From Piromyces finnis finn (taxonomy: Eukaryota; Fungi; Neocallimastigomycota): 64,000 bases of DNA. The stretch is taken from positions 2,356,001-2,420,000 of the forward strand of contig MCFH01000001.1 of the NCBI GenBank assembly GCA_002104945.1, given 5' to 3'. The first letter of the stretch is position 1. Each line of letters starts with the position of its first letter. A program made the translations under genes and the position numbers. Shown here piece after piece: positions 15,917 to 27,455 of the stretch. The notes under the pieces are model-generated. The model ran no database searches. It worked only from the letters and a program-made list of their open reading frames with translations, and was not told where the DNA came from.

Positions 15917-16776
15917 ATGAAAACGTTTCTTTTATAAATTGGATTGTTATTCTTATATTTTTAATTTCAAAAATGTATACAAAGTCAGATCCAAATTTCT
16001 ATATATTTTTAGCTTTTGGTCAAAGTAATATGGAAGGTCAGACTAAAATAACAGAAAAGGAAAAAACGGTAGATGAACGCTTTAAATGCTAGCCACTGGT
16101 GATGGATGTAAAAATCGTACATTAGGAGAATGATATGAAACTGTTCTACCTCTTGCTCATTGTGCTTCTGGTGCAGGTATTGTTGATTATTTTGGTAGAA
16201 AACTAATCTAAGATCTATAAAGATTGGTGCAGCAGTGGTTGGAGTTTCTGGTAGTGATATTCTCCCTTTTGATAAAGATCAGTATCAAAATTATACGAAT
16301 ATAATAGATTATGAATGGTATCAAAAAATTATGAATTATTATGGACGTAATCCATATGGACGTTTAATTGAAATGGGTGAAATCGCAAAAAGAGATAGCG
16401 TAATTAAAGGTATTCTCATGCATCAAGGAGAAAACAATGCAGGTGATGAATTTTGGCTTGAAAAATCAACGTTGTATACGATAATATCATTAAAGATTTA
16501 AATTTAAATGCTGAAGAGGTACTATTCCTTGTTGGTGAAGTAGCACAAACAAATTTAGGTGGAAAAAATGGTCACCATAATGAAATAATTAACAGACTTC
16601 CAGAAATAATACCTACTGTCTATATTATTTCATCTGAAGGTTTAATGCCTATGAAAGATAGACTTCATTTTGCAAGTGAATCTTTTGTTACATTAGGAGA
16701 ACGTTTTGCAGATAAAATGTTAAATATTCTTCAAAGTAACAGTATTAATTTAGAACCTAATCACTACAAAAAATGA
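15917..16776 (+). pseudogene. CE6 acetylxylan esterase pseudogene
   Basis: DPNFYIFLAFGQSNMEGQ, GIVDYFGRK, NPYGRL, HQGENN and DRLHF are recognisable but broken by several stops (e.g. GE*YE, LI*DL*) and frameshifts. Confidence 0.9.
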
Positions 16777-17656
16777 AAGTTTTGACTCTAGTACAAAACT
16801 ATTATATTCTTTTAATTACAATACTTTAACCTTTTCACTTTTAATAATTATTAATAATAACAATGAAGAAGATAAGGAATATATCAAAATTTTAAATATA
16901 TCATTCAATTTTTTATTATTTCTTATATTCAAAATATTAAAGATTTTTTTTAAAATATTTTCAAATAATATTAATATAGACCTATATATGCTTTTTTATC
17001 AATAAAATTATAGTAAAAGGTTGTATCCTTTTATCTTATATTTATTAAATAGTATCAAATAATATATAAATAAATATATATTATTTAATTATTTAATACA
17101 AACATCAATTTAATATCAATATGATATAAATTATATAATACATAATAACAAGTTTGTATATAAAGTGTGTTAATAAAATTTCTTTAAAAAAAAAATTTAA
17201 AATATAATTTATAATTTTAATAAAAAAAGTATTTAAAAATGAAAAACACTTTCTTTAAGTTTACTTTTTTTTTTAAAGCTTTACCATAATACAAAAAGAA
17301 TAATTCTATTTAATATAAAAAGAATAATTCTTTTTACTTTTGAATATGAAAAATCGATTTAAATAAATAAATAAATAAATAAATAAATTAATAAATTTTT
17401 ATAAAACATTATACATTATACATATTGTATACATTTACAATACTTTGAATTTATATAAATGCAGATTTTTTTTTTTTTTTGTTTTTAAATGGTATAATAA
17501 ACAAATTGAAATTTGAAAGTGAAAATTTATATATTATATATTGATACAGATATTTATATATTTATTATTTATTATATCAATTTTAATTTCAAATAAAAAA
17601 AAAAAATTGAATTATTATTATTATTTTTCTTCATTTGTATATAGATAATTATAAAA

Positions 17657-18598
17657 ATGAAGAATGCAATTTTGATAAATTTTCTAATTGTTTTAATAGC
17701 AATTACCATGAAAGTAATTTCAAAGCCAGATCCAAATTTTCATATTTATTTAGCTTTTGGTCAAAGTAACATGGAAGGCCAAGCTGATATCGGGGAAAAG
17801 GAATTAACAGTCGATAAGCGTTTTCAATTTATTCCAACTGTTGAAGGATGTAAAAATCGTACTATGGGTAAATGGTATGACGCAATTCCACCGATTACAC
17901 GTTGTAATAATAAAGCAGGAATAGTTGACTATTTTGGAAGAAAGTTAGTTAAAGATTTGCCAAAAAATATTAGAGTTGGTATTGTATCAGTTGCACTTTC
18001 TGGTGCTAATATTCTTCTTTTTAATGAAGATAAATATAAAGAATATCTTAATGCATATAACTATACTTGGTATCAAAACGGTTTAAAAGAATATGGACAC
18101 AATCCATATAAGCGTTTAATTAAAATAGCAAAAATAGCCAAAAAAAAGGGAGTTATTAGAGGTGTTCTTTTTCATCAAGGTGAAAATAATGTTGGTAGTA
18201 ATGATTGGCCTGAAAATGTAAAAATTATATATAATAATATACTTGGGGATTTAAAATTAAAGGCTGAAAAAGTACCACTTCTTGTTGGTGAAATGGTAAG
18301 AAAAGAAAAATGTGGAAGAGCTGGTCAATTTAATGAAATTATTGATACAATTTCTGATATCATACCTACCTCATATATTATTTCATCTGAAGATTTAAAG
18401 CCAAAGCGTGATTGTCTTCATTTTACAAATGATTCTTATGTTACTTTTGGAGAGCGTTATGCAAAACAAATGGAAGATATTCTTCGATTAGATGATGATG
18501 TTTCTAAATCAAGCGCTAATAATAATATAAATTCATATTTCAACAATGTCTCATTTATTTTTGGACTTTTAATAATAATTATTACTATCCTTTTTTAA
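17657..18598 (+). CDS. axeA: CE6 acetylxylan esterase (SGNH), signal peptide and GPI-like C-terminal tail
   Basis: AFGQSNMEGQ, HQGENN, DCLH. Hydrophobic N- and C-termini; intronless. Confidence 0.92.
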   Translation: MKNAILINFLIVLIAITMKVISKPDPNFHIYLAFGQSNMEGQADIGEKELTVDKRFQFIPTVEGCKNRTMGKWYDAIPPITRCNNKAGIVDYFGRKLVKDLPKNIRVGIVSVALSGANILLFNEDKYKEYLNAYNYTWYQNGLKEYGHNPYKRLIKIAKIAKKKGVIRGVLFHQGENNVGSNDWPENVKIIYNNILGDLKLKAEKVPLLVGEMVRKEKCGRAGQFNEIIDTISDIIPTSYIISSEDLKPKRDCLHFTNDSYVTFGERYAKQMEDILRLDDDVSKSSANNNINSYFNNVSFIFGLLIIIITILF

Positions 18599-20340
18599 TT
18601 TTGAATCTTTAGTTATCAAACATAACCAATACAAACAAAATAATAAATGAATAATAATAAAAAAAAAGGAACGTTTGTATTTGTTATACCCAAAAAGTAA
18701 AAATAATAATAATAATAATAATAATTTATATTATATTAAAGCATTATAAATATAGATATAATATAAAGTGAAATTATTAGTTTTGGCAGTATTTCCTTTT
18801 TACCAAGTATTTCATTAATTTTTTTAAACCAATAATAGATTCATATTTTTTCTTATTTTTTATTTCCTTTTTTTTTTTTAGTTTTATATAAAGAAATAAA
18901 TTATTTCTTTTATTTAAATAAGCATAATATAATCTTAGTAATCAGAAATAAGTAATATTTTTTTCAATAAATAATTTTTAATATTTATATATATAAAACT
19001 AATAAATAAGTGTACTTTTTTATTATTATTATATTTAATAAATATGTTATATTACTCAAATAGCTATAATAATTTCCAGTACAGCTATTTGAAATAATAA
19101 TTATTTAAAATATTAATTTATTCAAAAGAGAATGGTTACTGTTTTTAATTTTAATCCATTTAAAAAAAATGTATTTTTATGAATAAAAGAAGCATCTCTA
19201 TTTGAATAATTACATAAACAAATTATTAAATTTTGTTATTTCGTATTTATAAAAATCTCAAACTATACTATTAATATGATTTAATATATTGTGCTATCAT
19301 ATTTTATATTTATTCTAATATAAATTATATACTTTATATCTTTTAGTAATTCATTGATCAATTTATAATTAATAAAGGAATAAATATATTAATATAGGGA
19401 AAATAAGTTTTTTATATTGATTTAATTTATAAATTTACAAATTAATACATAATGATTAACTAATCATCAAGCCGTACAATACAATAAATTTTTATGTTAA
19501 ATAACCCTTTATCATTTATTGGTTATGAAATAAAGAAAGAATTTCCACATCCATCCATTATCATAACTATATATATAAAAATAAATTATTTTATTGATAA
19601 TATATTGGAGATTTTACTGTAATTTGATATATAATTAAATTATTATAATAATTATTAAATTCTATTGTATTAAAAAGACATTTCTTTATATCTTTACTAT
19701 ATAATATAAAAAAAAATTATTTTATGGTACTCCAATTATTTTTTCTCTAATTCGTGGTTTATGATAAAAGAATCTTTATCTTTTTTTTTTTAAGACCTTA
19801 CGGATGAATTTAAAAAAGTTTAAAAAATTAACTTTTAACTTTATAAAGAGCTTAGAACTTACGAATGTTAAAATTTAAGAAAATTTATTTTTTAGTATTG
19901 CTGAATTAGATATCACTTTATATTTTGCCATAGTTTAATACAATATTATATTATTTAGTATTAAAGTAAATATAAAACTACTAATATTCATTCTTTTTTA
20001 TTAAAAATATTTTATTTAATTAAAAATTTAATAAAGGAACCAAAATAATAAATAAAAATCACATGACCATTAGAAATTTATCTATTAAAAATCTTTTTTC
20101 ATTATATAAAAAAAAACTTTTGTTTTTAAAAAGCCTATTTTTATATTTTTATTATTATTTTATTTATAAAAGGAATAATAATAAAAGTTAAAAAAAAAAT
20201 AAAAATAAAAATAAATTTCATATAAAAACATAATCATATAGATTTAAATTTAGATTTTAAAAATTAATCTAAAAGACTAAATTGTAAAATTTAATATTAT
20301 ACATATAATATTAAACAATTTTTAATATTCCAGAATAAAC

Positions 20341-21420
20341 ATGAAGATCATTTCCTTAATAAGTATATTAGTCTTTTTTATAACTATATCAACAACAAAG
20401 GTATATGCTGAACCAGATCCTGATTTCCATATTTATTTGGCTTTTGGTCAAAGTAATATGGAAGGTCAAGCTGCTGTTGAAGAAAACGAAAAAACAGTTG
20501 ATAAGCGTTTTCAATTTATTCCAACTGTTGAAGGATGTAAAAATCGTACTATGGGTGAATGGTATGATGCTATTCCACCACTTCCACGTTGTAATGGTAA
20601 AGCAGGAATAGTTGACTATTTTGGAAGAAAAATGGTTAAAGAATTACCAGAAAACATTAGAATTGGTATTGTGGCAGTTGCTGTTTCTGGTGCTAATATT
20701 CTTCTTTTTGATAAAGATAAATATGAAGAATATGTAGATATTGTTGATTTTGAATGGTATGTAAATATTATGAATTCTTACGGACGTAACCCATATGGTC
20801 GTTTAATTGATATGGCAAAGATAGCACAGAAAGATGGAGTTATTAAAGGTATTCTTCTTCATCAAGGTGAAAATAATATTAATGATGAAAAATGGCCTGA
20901 ATATGTAAAAAAAGTATATAATAATATACTTGAAGATTTAAGTTTAAAGTCAGAAGAAGTACCAATTCTTGTTGGAGAAATGGCAAGAACAGAGTTATGT
21001 GGAAAAGCAGGTGAATTTAATGATATTGTTAAAAAGCTTCCAGATGTTTTACCTACTGCTCATATCATTTCATCTAAAGGTTTAAAACCAATGAAGGATT
21101 GCCTTCATTTTTCAAAAGAAGCTTATATTGAATTGGGTGAACGTTTTGCAAATGAAATGCTTAGTATTAAACAAATAAATGGTACTAAGCATTCAAAAAG
21201 TACTAATTCAGAGAGTAATAATTCAGAGAATACTAACTCAGAGAATACAATTTCAGAAAGTACTGATAATAAAAAAAATACTAATAACAAATCAGATGAT
21301 ACTCATAAAGCTAGTAATACCGTTTCTGATTCAAGTTCTAATAAAAAATTAATTTCACGCTTTGGTAATAATACTTTTATTGTTGGACTATTAATTTTTA
21401 TTATTTCAGTTTTTTTTTAA
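20341..21420 (+). CDS. axeA: CE6 acetylxylan esterase with S/N/T-rich stalk and GPI-like tail
   Basis: Same catalytic motifs, followed by a low-complexity linker and a hydrophobic end (FIVGLLIFIISVFF). Confidence 0.93.
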   Translation: MKIISLISILVFFITISTTKVYAEPDPDFHIYLAFGQSNMEGQAAVEENEKTVDKRFQFIPTVEGCKNRTMGEWYDAIPPLPRCNGKAGIVDYFGRKMVKELPENIRIGIVAVAVSGANILLFDKDKYEEYVDIVDFEWYVNIMNSYGRNPYGRLIDMAKIAQKDGVIKGILLHQGENNINDEKWPEYVKKVYNNILEDLSLKSEEVPILVGEMARTELCGKAGEFNDIVKKLPDVLPTAHIISSKGLKPMKDCLHFSKEAYIELGERFANEMLSIKQINGTKHSKSTNSESNNSENTNSENTISESTDNKKNTNNKSDDTHKASNTVSDSSSNKKLISRFGNNTFIVGLLIFIISVFF

Positions 21421-22586
21421 ATATAGAATCTTAATTGGAATATTAATTATTGTTATTTCAGTTTTTTTTTTTTTTTTTAAATATAGACTATTAATTATTG
21501 TTATTTCAGTTTTTTTTTATTTTTAAATTTAGATTTTAAATTAAATATACTCATACATCTATTATTTATATATTATTTTTTTTTAAAAAAAAATATAAAT
21601 TGCACAATTATATAGTATTAAAAATACATGTATTAATATTACAATGATATTTTTAAATTATACATATTAACCTTAATATTTATTACTTTTCAAACGTTTT
21701 ATTCTATAAATATTATAACATAGCCAATTTTGAATAAAAATGCATTATAAATATTATTTTATAATTTCTCACTCTCTTTTTTTTTATTCCTGGTAATATG
21801 TTATTATATTTAAAGTTTTGTTATTATCATATTCATATAATCATGATTTAAAATGCCCCATGATTTTATATATGAAACAAAAAATAACTTTTTCTATCAA
21901 TGTTATTTAAGTTTTTTTTTTAATAATTCTCCAATAAAAACTACTATTAATAAAAAGATTATTGTTGAAGAAAGCATTTCGTTAAACTATAGCATTTGTT
22001 TTCTTTCTATTTGTTATTCTATAATGCTGAAAGTTTCTTTTTTTTTTTATATTATTATTGAAGCTTTAGTATTTTAAAGTCTAATTCAATAATTATTATA
22101 ATCAAAAACTTTTTAATTATTTATCGAATATATCAATTTAATATATTAAAGATTTATATTAAAATTTTTTAATTTGTTAATATTAATTTTTTTTTTTTTT
22201 TTTGTATTAATGATTTAAATTTATGGGATATTATATATATGAGGTGTATAATTTTACTTTTATAAAAAATTATTATAGAATGTATATTATATACATCCAA
22301 TAATAATTAAAATTTTAATTAAATAAACCAAATCAATAATAATAAATCACATGATATAATTAGAAGAATAATATGTTATAAAAAAAAGTATTCTTTATTA
22401 CTTTATTAAATGTTGTAAAGTCCGTTAAAAATAATTTATTTATTTTTTAAAAAGAGATAATAAAGAATAATAAAAGTAAAATAAATTTATATTGCTTGTG
22501 TAGAAAAAAAAAAATAAAAGCATTAAAATATAGATTTAAACATTTGAAAATTAATTTTAATAAATAAATAAATTAAGAAATTAAAT

Positions 22587-23561
22587 ATGAAGATCATTTC
22601 CTTAATAAGTATATTAGTCTTTTTTATAACTATATCAACAACAAAGGTATATGCTGAACCAGATCCTGATTTCCATATTTATTTGGCTTTTGGTCAAAGT
22701 AATATGGAAGGTCAAGCTGCTGTTGAAGAAAACGAAAAAACAGTTGATAAGCGTTTTCAATTTATTCCAACTGTTGAAGGATGTAAAAATCGTACTATGG
22801 GTGAATGGTATGATGCTATTCCACCACTTCCACGTTGTAATGGTAAAGCAGGAATAGTTGACTATTTTGGAAGAAAAATGGTTAAAGAATTACCAGAAAA
22901 CATTAGAATTGGTATTGTGGCAGTTGCTGTTTCTGGTGCTAATATTCTTCTTTTTGATAAAGATAAATATGAAGAATATGTAGATATTGTTGATTTTGAA
23001 TGGTATGTAAATATTATGAATTCTTACGGACGTAACCCATATGGTCGTTTAATTGATATGGCAAAGATAGCACAGAAAGATGGAGTTATTAAAGGTATTC
23101 TTCTTCATCAAGGTGAAAATAATATTAATGATGAAAAATGGCCTGAATATGTAAAAAAAGTATATAATAATATACTTGAAGATTTAAGTTTAAAGTCAGA
23201 AGAAGTACCAATTCTTGTTGGAGAAATGGCAAGAACAGAGTTATGTGGAAAAGCAGGTGAATTTAATGATATTGTTAAAAAGCTTCCAGATGTTTTACCT
23301 ACTGCTCATATCATTTCATCTAAAGGTTTAAAACCAATGAAGGATTGCCTTCATTTTTCAAAAGAAGCTTATATTGAAATCGGCGAACGTTATGCTGATA
23401 AAATGCTTAAAATTCTTAATGGAGAAAATGAAGAAAATGAGGAAAATAGAGAAAATTCTGATTATTCTGATTCAAGTTCCAGTAGTAAATTAATTTTATA
23501 TATTAATATTAACAGTCTACTATTTACATTATTAGTATTAATTATTTCAAATATTTTATGA
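22587..23561 (+). CDS. axeA: CE6 acetylxylan esterase with short acidic stalk and GPI-like tail
   Basis: Identical to 20341 copy for the first 264 codons; different C-terminus (SSSSSKLILYININSLLFTLLVLIISNIL). Confidence 0.93.
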   Translation: MKIISLISILVFFITISTTKVYAEPDPDFHIYLAFGQSNMEGQAAVEENEKTVDKRFQFIPTVEGCKNRTMGEWYDAIPPLPRCNGKAGIVDYFGRKMVKELPENIRIGIVAVAVSGANILLFDKDKYEEYVDIVDFEWYVNIMNSYGRNPYGRLIDMAKIAQKDGVIKGILLHQGENNINDEKWPEYVKKVYNNILEDLSLKSEEVPILVGEMARTELCGKAGEFNDIVKKLPDVLPTAHIISSKGLKPMKDCLHFSKEAYIEIGERYADKMLKILNGENEENEENRENSDYSDSSSSSKLILYININSLLFTLLVLIISNIL

Positions 23562-24486
23562 TAAAGCAAACATTTAAGTAAAATTTATTAATACAATTAA
23601 TTAAACATAAAATAAACTATCACATTATTTATATTTTATATATTATTATATCATTAATTATATCTGTTTTATTTTGAATAAAAATTGAAATTATGTAAGA
23701 AATTGCAAATATTTATAAATGTATTTATAAATACTTTATAAATATTTTTTTTTAAAAAAAAACTATAATAATAGTAAGTATAACATTAATAAATATAGTA
23801 ATTATAACAATAACATTAATAAATATAACATTAATTATAATAATATTGATAATAATAGATAATAGTAATAATAAAAATAAAAATCAATGGATATTGAAAG
23901 TTCAAGTTTAAAATATATTTATATTTTAATTATTCAAAAATCTATAAATCAATGAATAAATTTTAATTTAAGAATTAATTAAAGTTTGAAAATTAATAAA
24001 CTATTTATAATATTCAATAAGTTTTTATTTTAATTGTTATATAAAATTATATATGAGTACATTTAAATGTTCTATAAAATACGTTTTTTTTTTTTATCGT
24101 TTTTAGTTTTCATAATATATTTAATTTATTATATTATTATATTATACCTGTGTTTATACTTCATCAAATATATAATTTTTTTATTAAAAAACCTTAATAA
24201 TAATGAATTAATGATATAAATGTATTAAATATCAACATATCGAATTAATATAGCATTATTAATTAATTATTTTATGTATAATATATATATATTCCATATA
24301 ATAATGATATACAAAATAATTCTAATTCAATTATTATAATATTATAATTAAGATACTTATTATAATTTAGTTCTTAATTTTATTATTATAAACACCTTTT
24401 TATTTACATTTCTTTTATTCATTAAATTTCTTCTTTATTTTTAAGACTTTCATTAAAAAAAAAAAAGGAAAGCTTTATAACTATAG

Positions 24487-24538
<52 letters not shown>

Positions 24539-24543
<5 letters not shown>

Positions 24544-25333
24544 TTAATTTTTGTATAAGCCAGGAAACAACTGTATCAACCATTTCTTTTTCTTTACCAT
24601 CAAAGAAATGATTTGCACCTTCAATCCATTTGATTTCTGCTCCTTTAATCTCCTTTTCAATAACAGAAGCTTCTTCTGTTGGTGTACTGGTATCAATAGT
24701 TCCATGAACATGTAATATTCGTTGAGCTCTATGACTATCAATATTTTTAATATCAATTTTTGGATTCATGGTTCTTCTTTCTTCAATGGCTTCTTGAGTT
24801 ATTTTCCATTGTTTTCCAAAACGTTCCCACAAAAATGATCCTTCTTTTTTTGCTTTTTCTAATTCTTCCTGAGTAAACCTTTTTTCTGGTTTACCAAATG
24901 TTAATCTTCCTCCAAGACTGACAAAACAACAGTCCTTATTTTTAATTAAATTGGGTTGTGAAGCAGCAATCATAACATCAGCTCCTGCTTTTGAATGTCC
25001 TATTATTCCAACAATTTTTAAATTATATTTACTTTCAACATAGTTTATTAAATCTCCAATATTACGTACTTCTCTTGGATAATTTGCATAACTCCATTCA
25101 CCTGAAGATTGACCATTTCCTTCAAAATCAAAACGTAATACAGACCAATGTTGTTTTAAACTTTCTAATAATGGAAGATTAATTTCTGAATCTTTATCAC
25201 CAAACATTCCATGACAAAGAAGAATAGTATTCGATGTATTTGGATTTTTTGTTAAAGCACATGAAAGAGTAACTTCCTCATTAGTATTTTTATCAATATA
25301 CTTTGCTTCAAAAGAATTCTCTTCAAAAATCAT
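24539..25333 (-). CDS. Alpha/beta-hydrolase (esterase-like), intronless, no signal peptide
   Basis: LCHG oxyanion motif, RFDFEGNGQSSG, nucleophile GHSKA, HGTID (acid), GANHFF (His). Confidence 0.88.
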
Positions 25334-26055
25334 TTTTTTATTATTTATTTTTTTTTATTACAAAGATCAAATTCAAAAATATGTTAAAAAATATTTTTTA
25401 CTTCAATAAAAAAAAAAAAAAAAATTTGAATTTATTTTTTATTTGTTTATTTTTAGTGAAAAATATATTTTTATAAATACTAGATTTATTGGTATTTGTT
25501 GCTATTATTAATGATTTTTTTTTTTTTTTTAATTGAAATTTGAATTTCAAAATTTAAATTTCAAAAACAAAAATATTATTTAAAATTTATTAAATAAAAT
25601 TTAATTATTTAATTAATTATCAGTTTTTAGATAAAAATATAAAATTTTTCTAATTTAAATTTCTACTCTTTAGTCTGAAGTAAACAGTTTATAAATGGTA
25701 ATATTAAAAAATACAGAATATATAATGGGTATTTTAGATAAATATAGATATATAAATAGTTTTAAATATATAACTACAGCTTTCATTTATTTTTATTAAA
25801 TAACATTTTTAAACAAAAACAAGTAAAAAAATATTTTTTAAATGTTTTATATTCATTAATGTTTAACTATAATAAATTATAGTATTATAATAGTTATAAC
25901 GTTATCTTCTAAAACTAACAATTCTTTAACATTGGTATAATAAAATAATAATTATGATAAATATCTTAAAGCTCTTTAGTTTTTAGTTTTTCTGCTTCAG
26001 TAAGTTCTGTAATTATATTTAAAGTTTGCTTTTTAAACTTAGATAATAAACCGGG

Positions 26056-26478
26056 TCACATGTTATAATAATAGTAAATTCCTTGATCAGAAAGTTTTAA
26101 AACTTTAGGTTTAAATTTGTAGCAGTCTTTCCTAAATCTAACATCCTTTCCCTCCCATCTTTCTTCATTAAATCTAACATTATGATTATTAAGGAATTCC
26201 CTTCTCCAGATAGAATCATATATAGATCCGTAATGTTTTTTATGTTTTAAATTAACATAACCATTGGATTTATTTGTACCTCGAGCATATTCCACTGTTA
26301 TTATATCATCCACAAATATAATTTCAATATTTTTTAAAGTTTGCTTTACTGCTGATTTTAGGCATCTTTTCAAATACAGATCGTATTATATATTGGAATT
26401 ATTTACTTTGACTTGTGATTTACATAAAGCATACATTACTATGTCTAAAAATAATAATGGTTTTAAAATGAATTTCAT
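26056..26478 (-). pseudogene. GT2-family glycosyltransferase relic with signal-peptide-like start
   Basis: MKFILKPLLFLDIV..KV/IIPIYNT/YLKRCLKSAVKQTLKNIEIIFVDD can be rebuilt across frameshifts. The ARN.G and FxDxDD segments are missing; it ends with YYYY. Confidence 0.7.
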
Positions 26479-26571
26479 TGTTAATAATGCTTCATATGAT
26501 ATGAAAAGGAAAAACTCACCTCCAATAATAATAATATTTTTGTATTATTTTAAAATACTAATTAGCAATAA

Positions 26572-27455
26572 TTAAATATTACTTTTTTTATTTTTCCTTT
26601 CAAATGTAATTTTAAATATGTATTTTATTATCGGTTTAATGAAACAACGTAAAATAAAATAAATTATAAATATATCAATCTCTAAATATGCGAAATTCCG
26701 AAGACCATTAGCTAAATCACTGTCTGAGGGTCCAAGGGGTGGATGTCCACAGGTTTTTGTATATGGATTACAAACCCTAGATGCACATTCTGCGTTTTTT
26801 TCACATAAATCACCCATTACTTTACCACAATGCATAAATGAAGATCTAAGCAATAAATTTATATAAATATCAGTACAATATTCAGTTGGATTTTCTTCAT
26901 TAAAAATACAGACACCTTCAATACATTTATTAGTTAAACATTGTGAGTCAGAAGTACATTTATAAGAAGTATAAATATTTTTCCTAAGGTGTTCAAAAGT
27001 AATATAATTATATTTTTTAAAATCATTATAAGAGTGCGCCATACTAATATACACTTTTTTATTATCTTTTTCATCTGGAATTTCAATAAACATTGGCATG
27101 ACATCACCTTCTAATTTAACACAAATATTATTTTTACAAAAATATCTCTCTGACCAAACTTATTTTTAATTTTCAATACTTCAGACTTATTTAATGTTTT
27201 ATTTTTATCATATGCAATTACTTTACATGAATAATATTTATCTGAAACTATATAATCCATATAATCTGTAATATTTTCGTAAGTATAAATTATACTATCA
27301 TTATTTAAGCCATAAGAATAATGTTTTTGAATTCTAATAATATAAATAAAACATATTATTATACTGGTTATCGAAAAATTAAATTGCAATAGTTTTTTTT
27401 TTTTTTTTTTTTTAAAATGGAAGATCCTTTTATAATTTAAAAGTTTATTATACAT
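26572..27455 (-). CDS. Cys-rich membrane/secreted protein (CTSDSQCLTNKC..C..C..C family), split by a 1-bp frameshift
   Basis: ORFs 27111-27455 and 26572-27099 join if the A5 run near 27135 is A6 (..DIFVKNNICVKLEGDVMPMF..). C-terminal hydrophobic helix. The start codon is uncertain. Confidence 0.6.

Noticed and set aside
21420-21520. Short tandem re-duplication of the CE6 gene end (ATTAATTATTGTTATTTCAGTTTTTTTT)
   Set aside because: Local slippage duplication in the 3' UTR with no evident function.
20405-22857. Twin 68-aa ORFs at 20405 and 22651
   Set aside because: Alternative-frame shadows inside the identical CE6 tracts.
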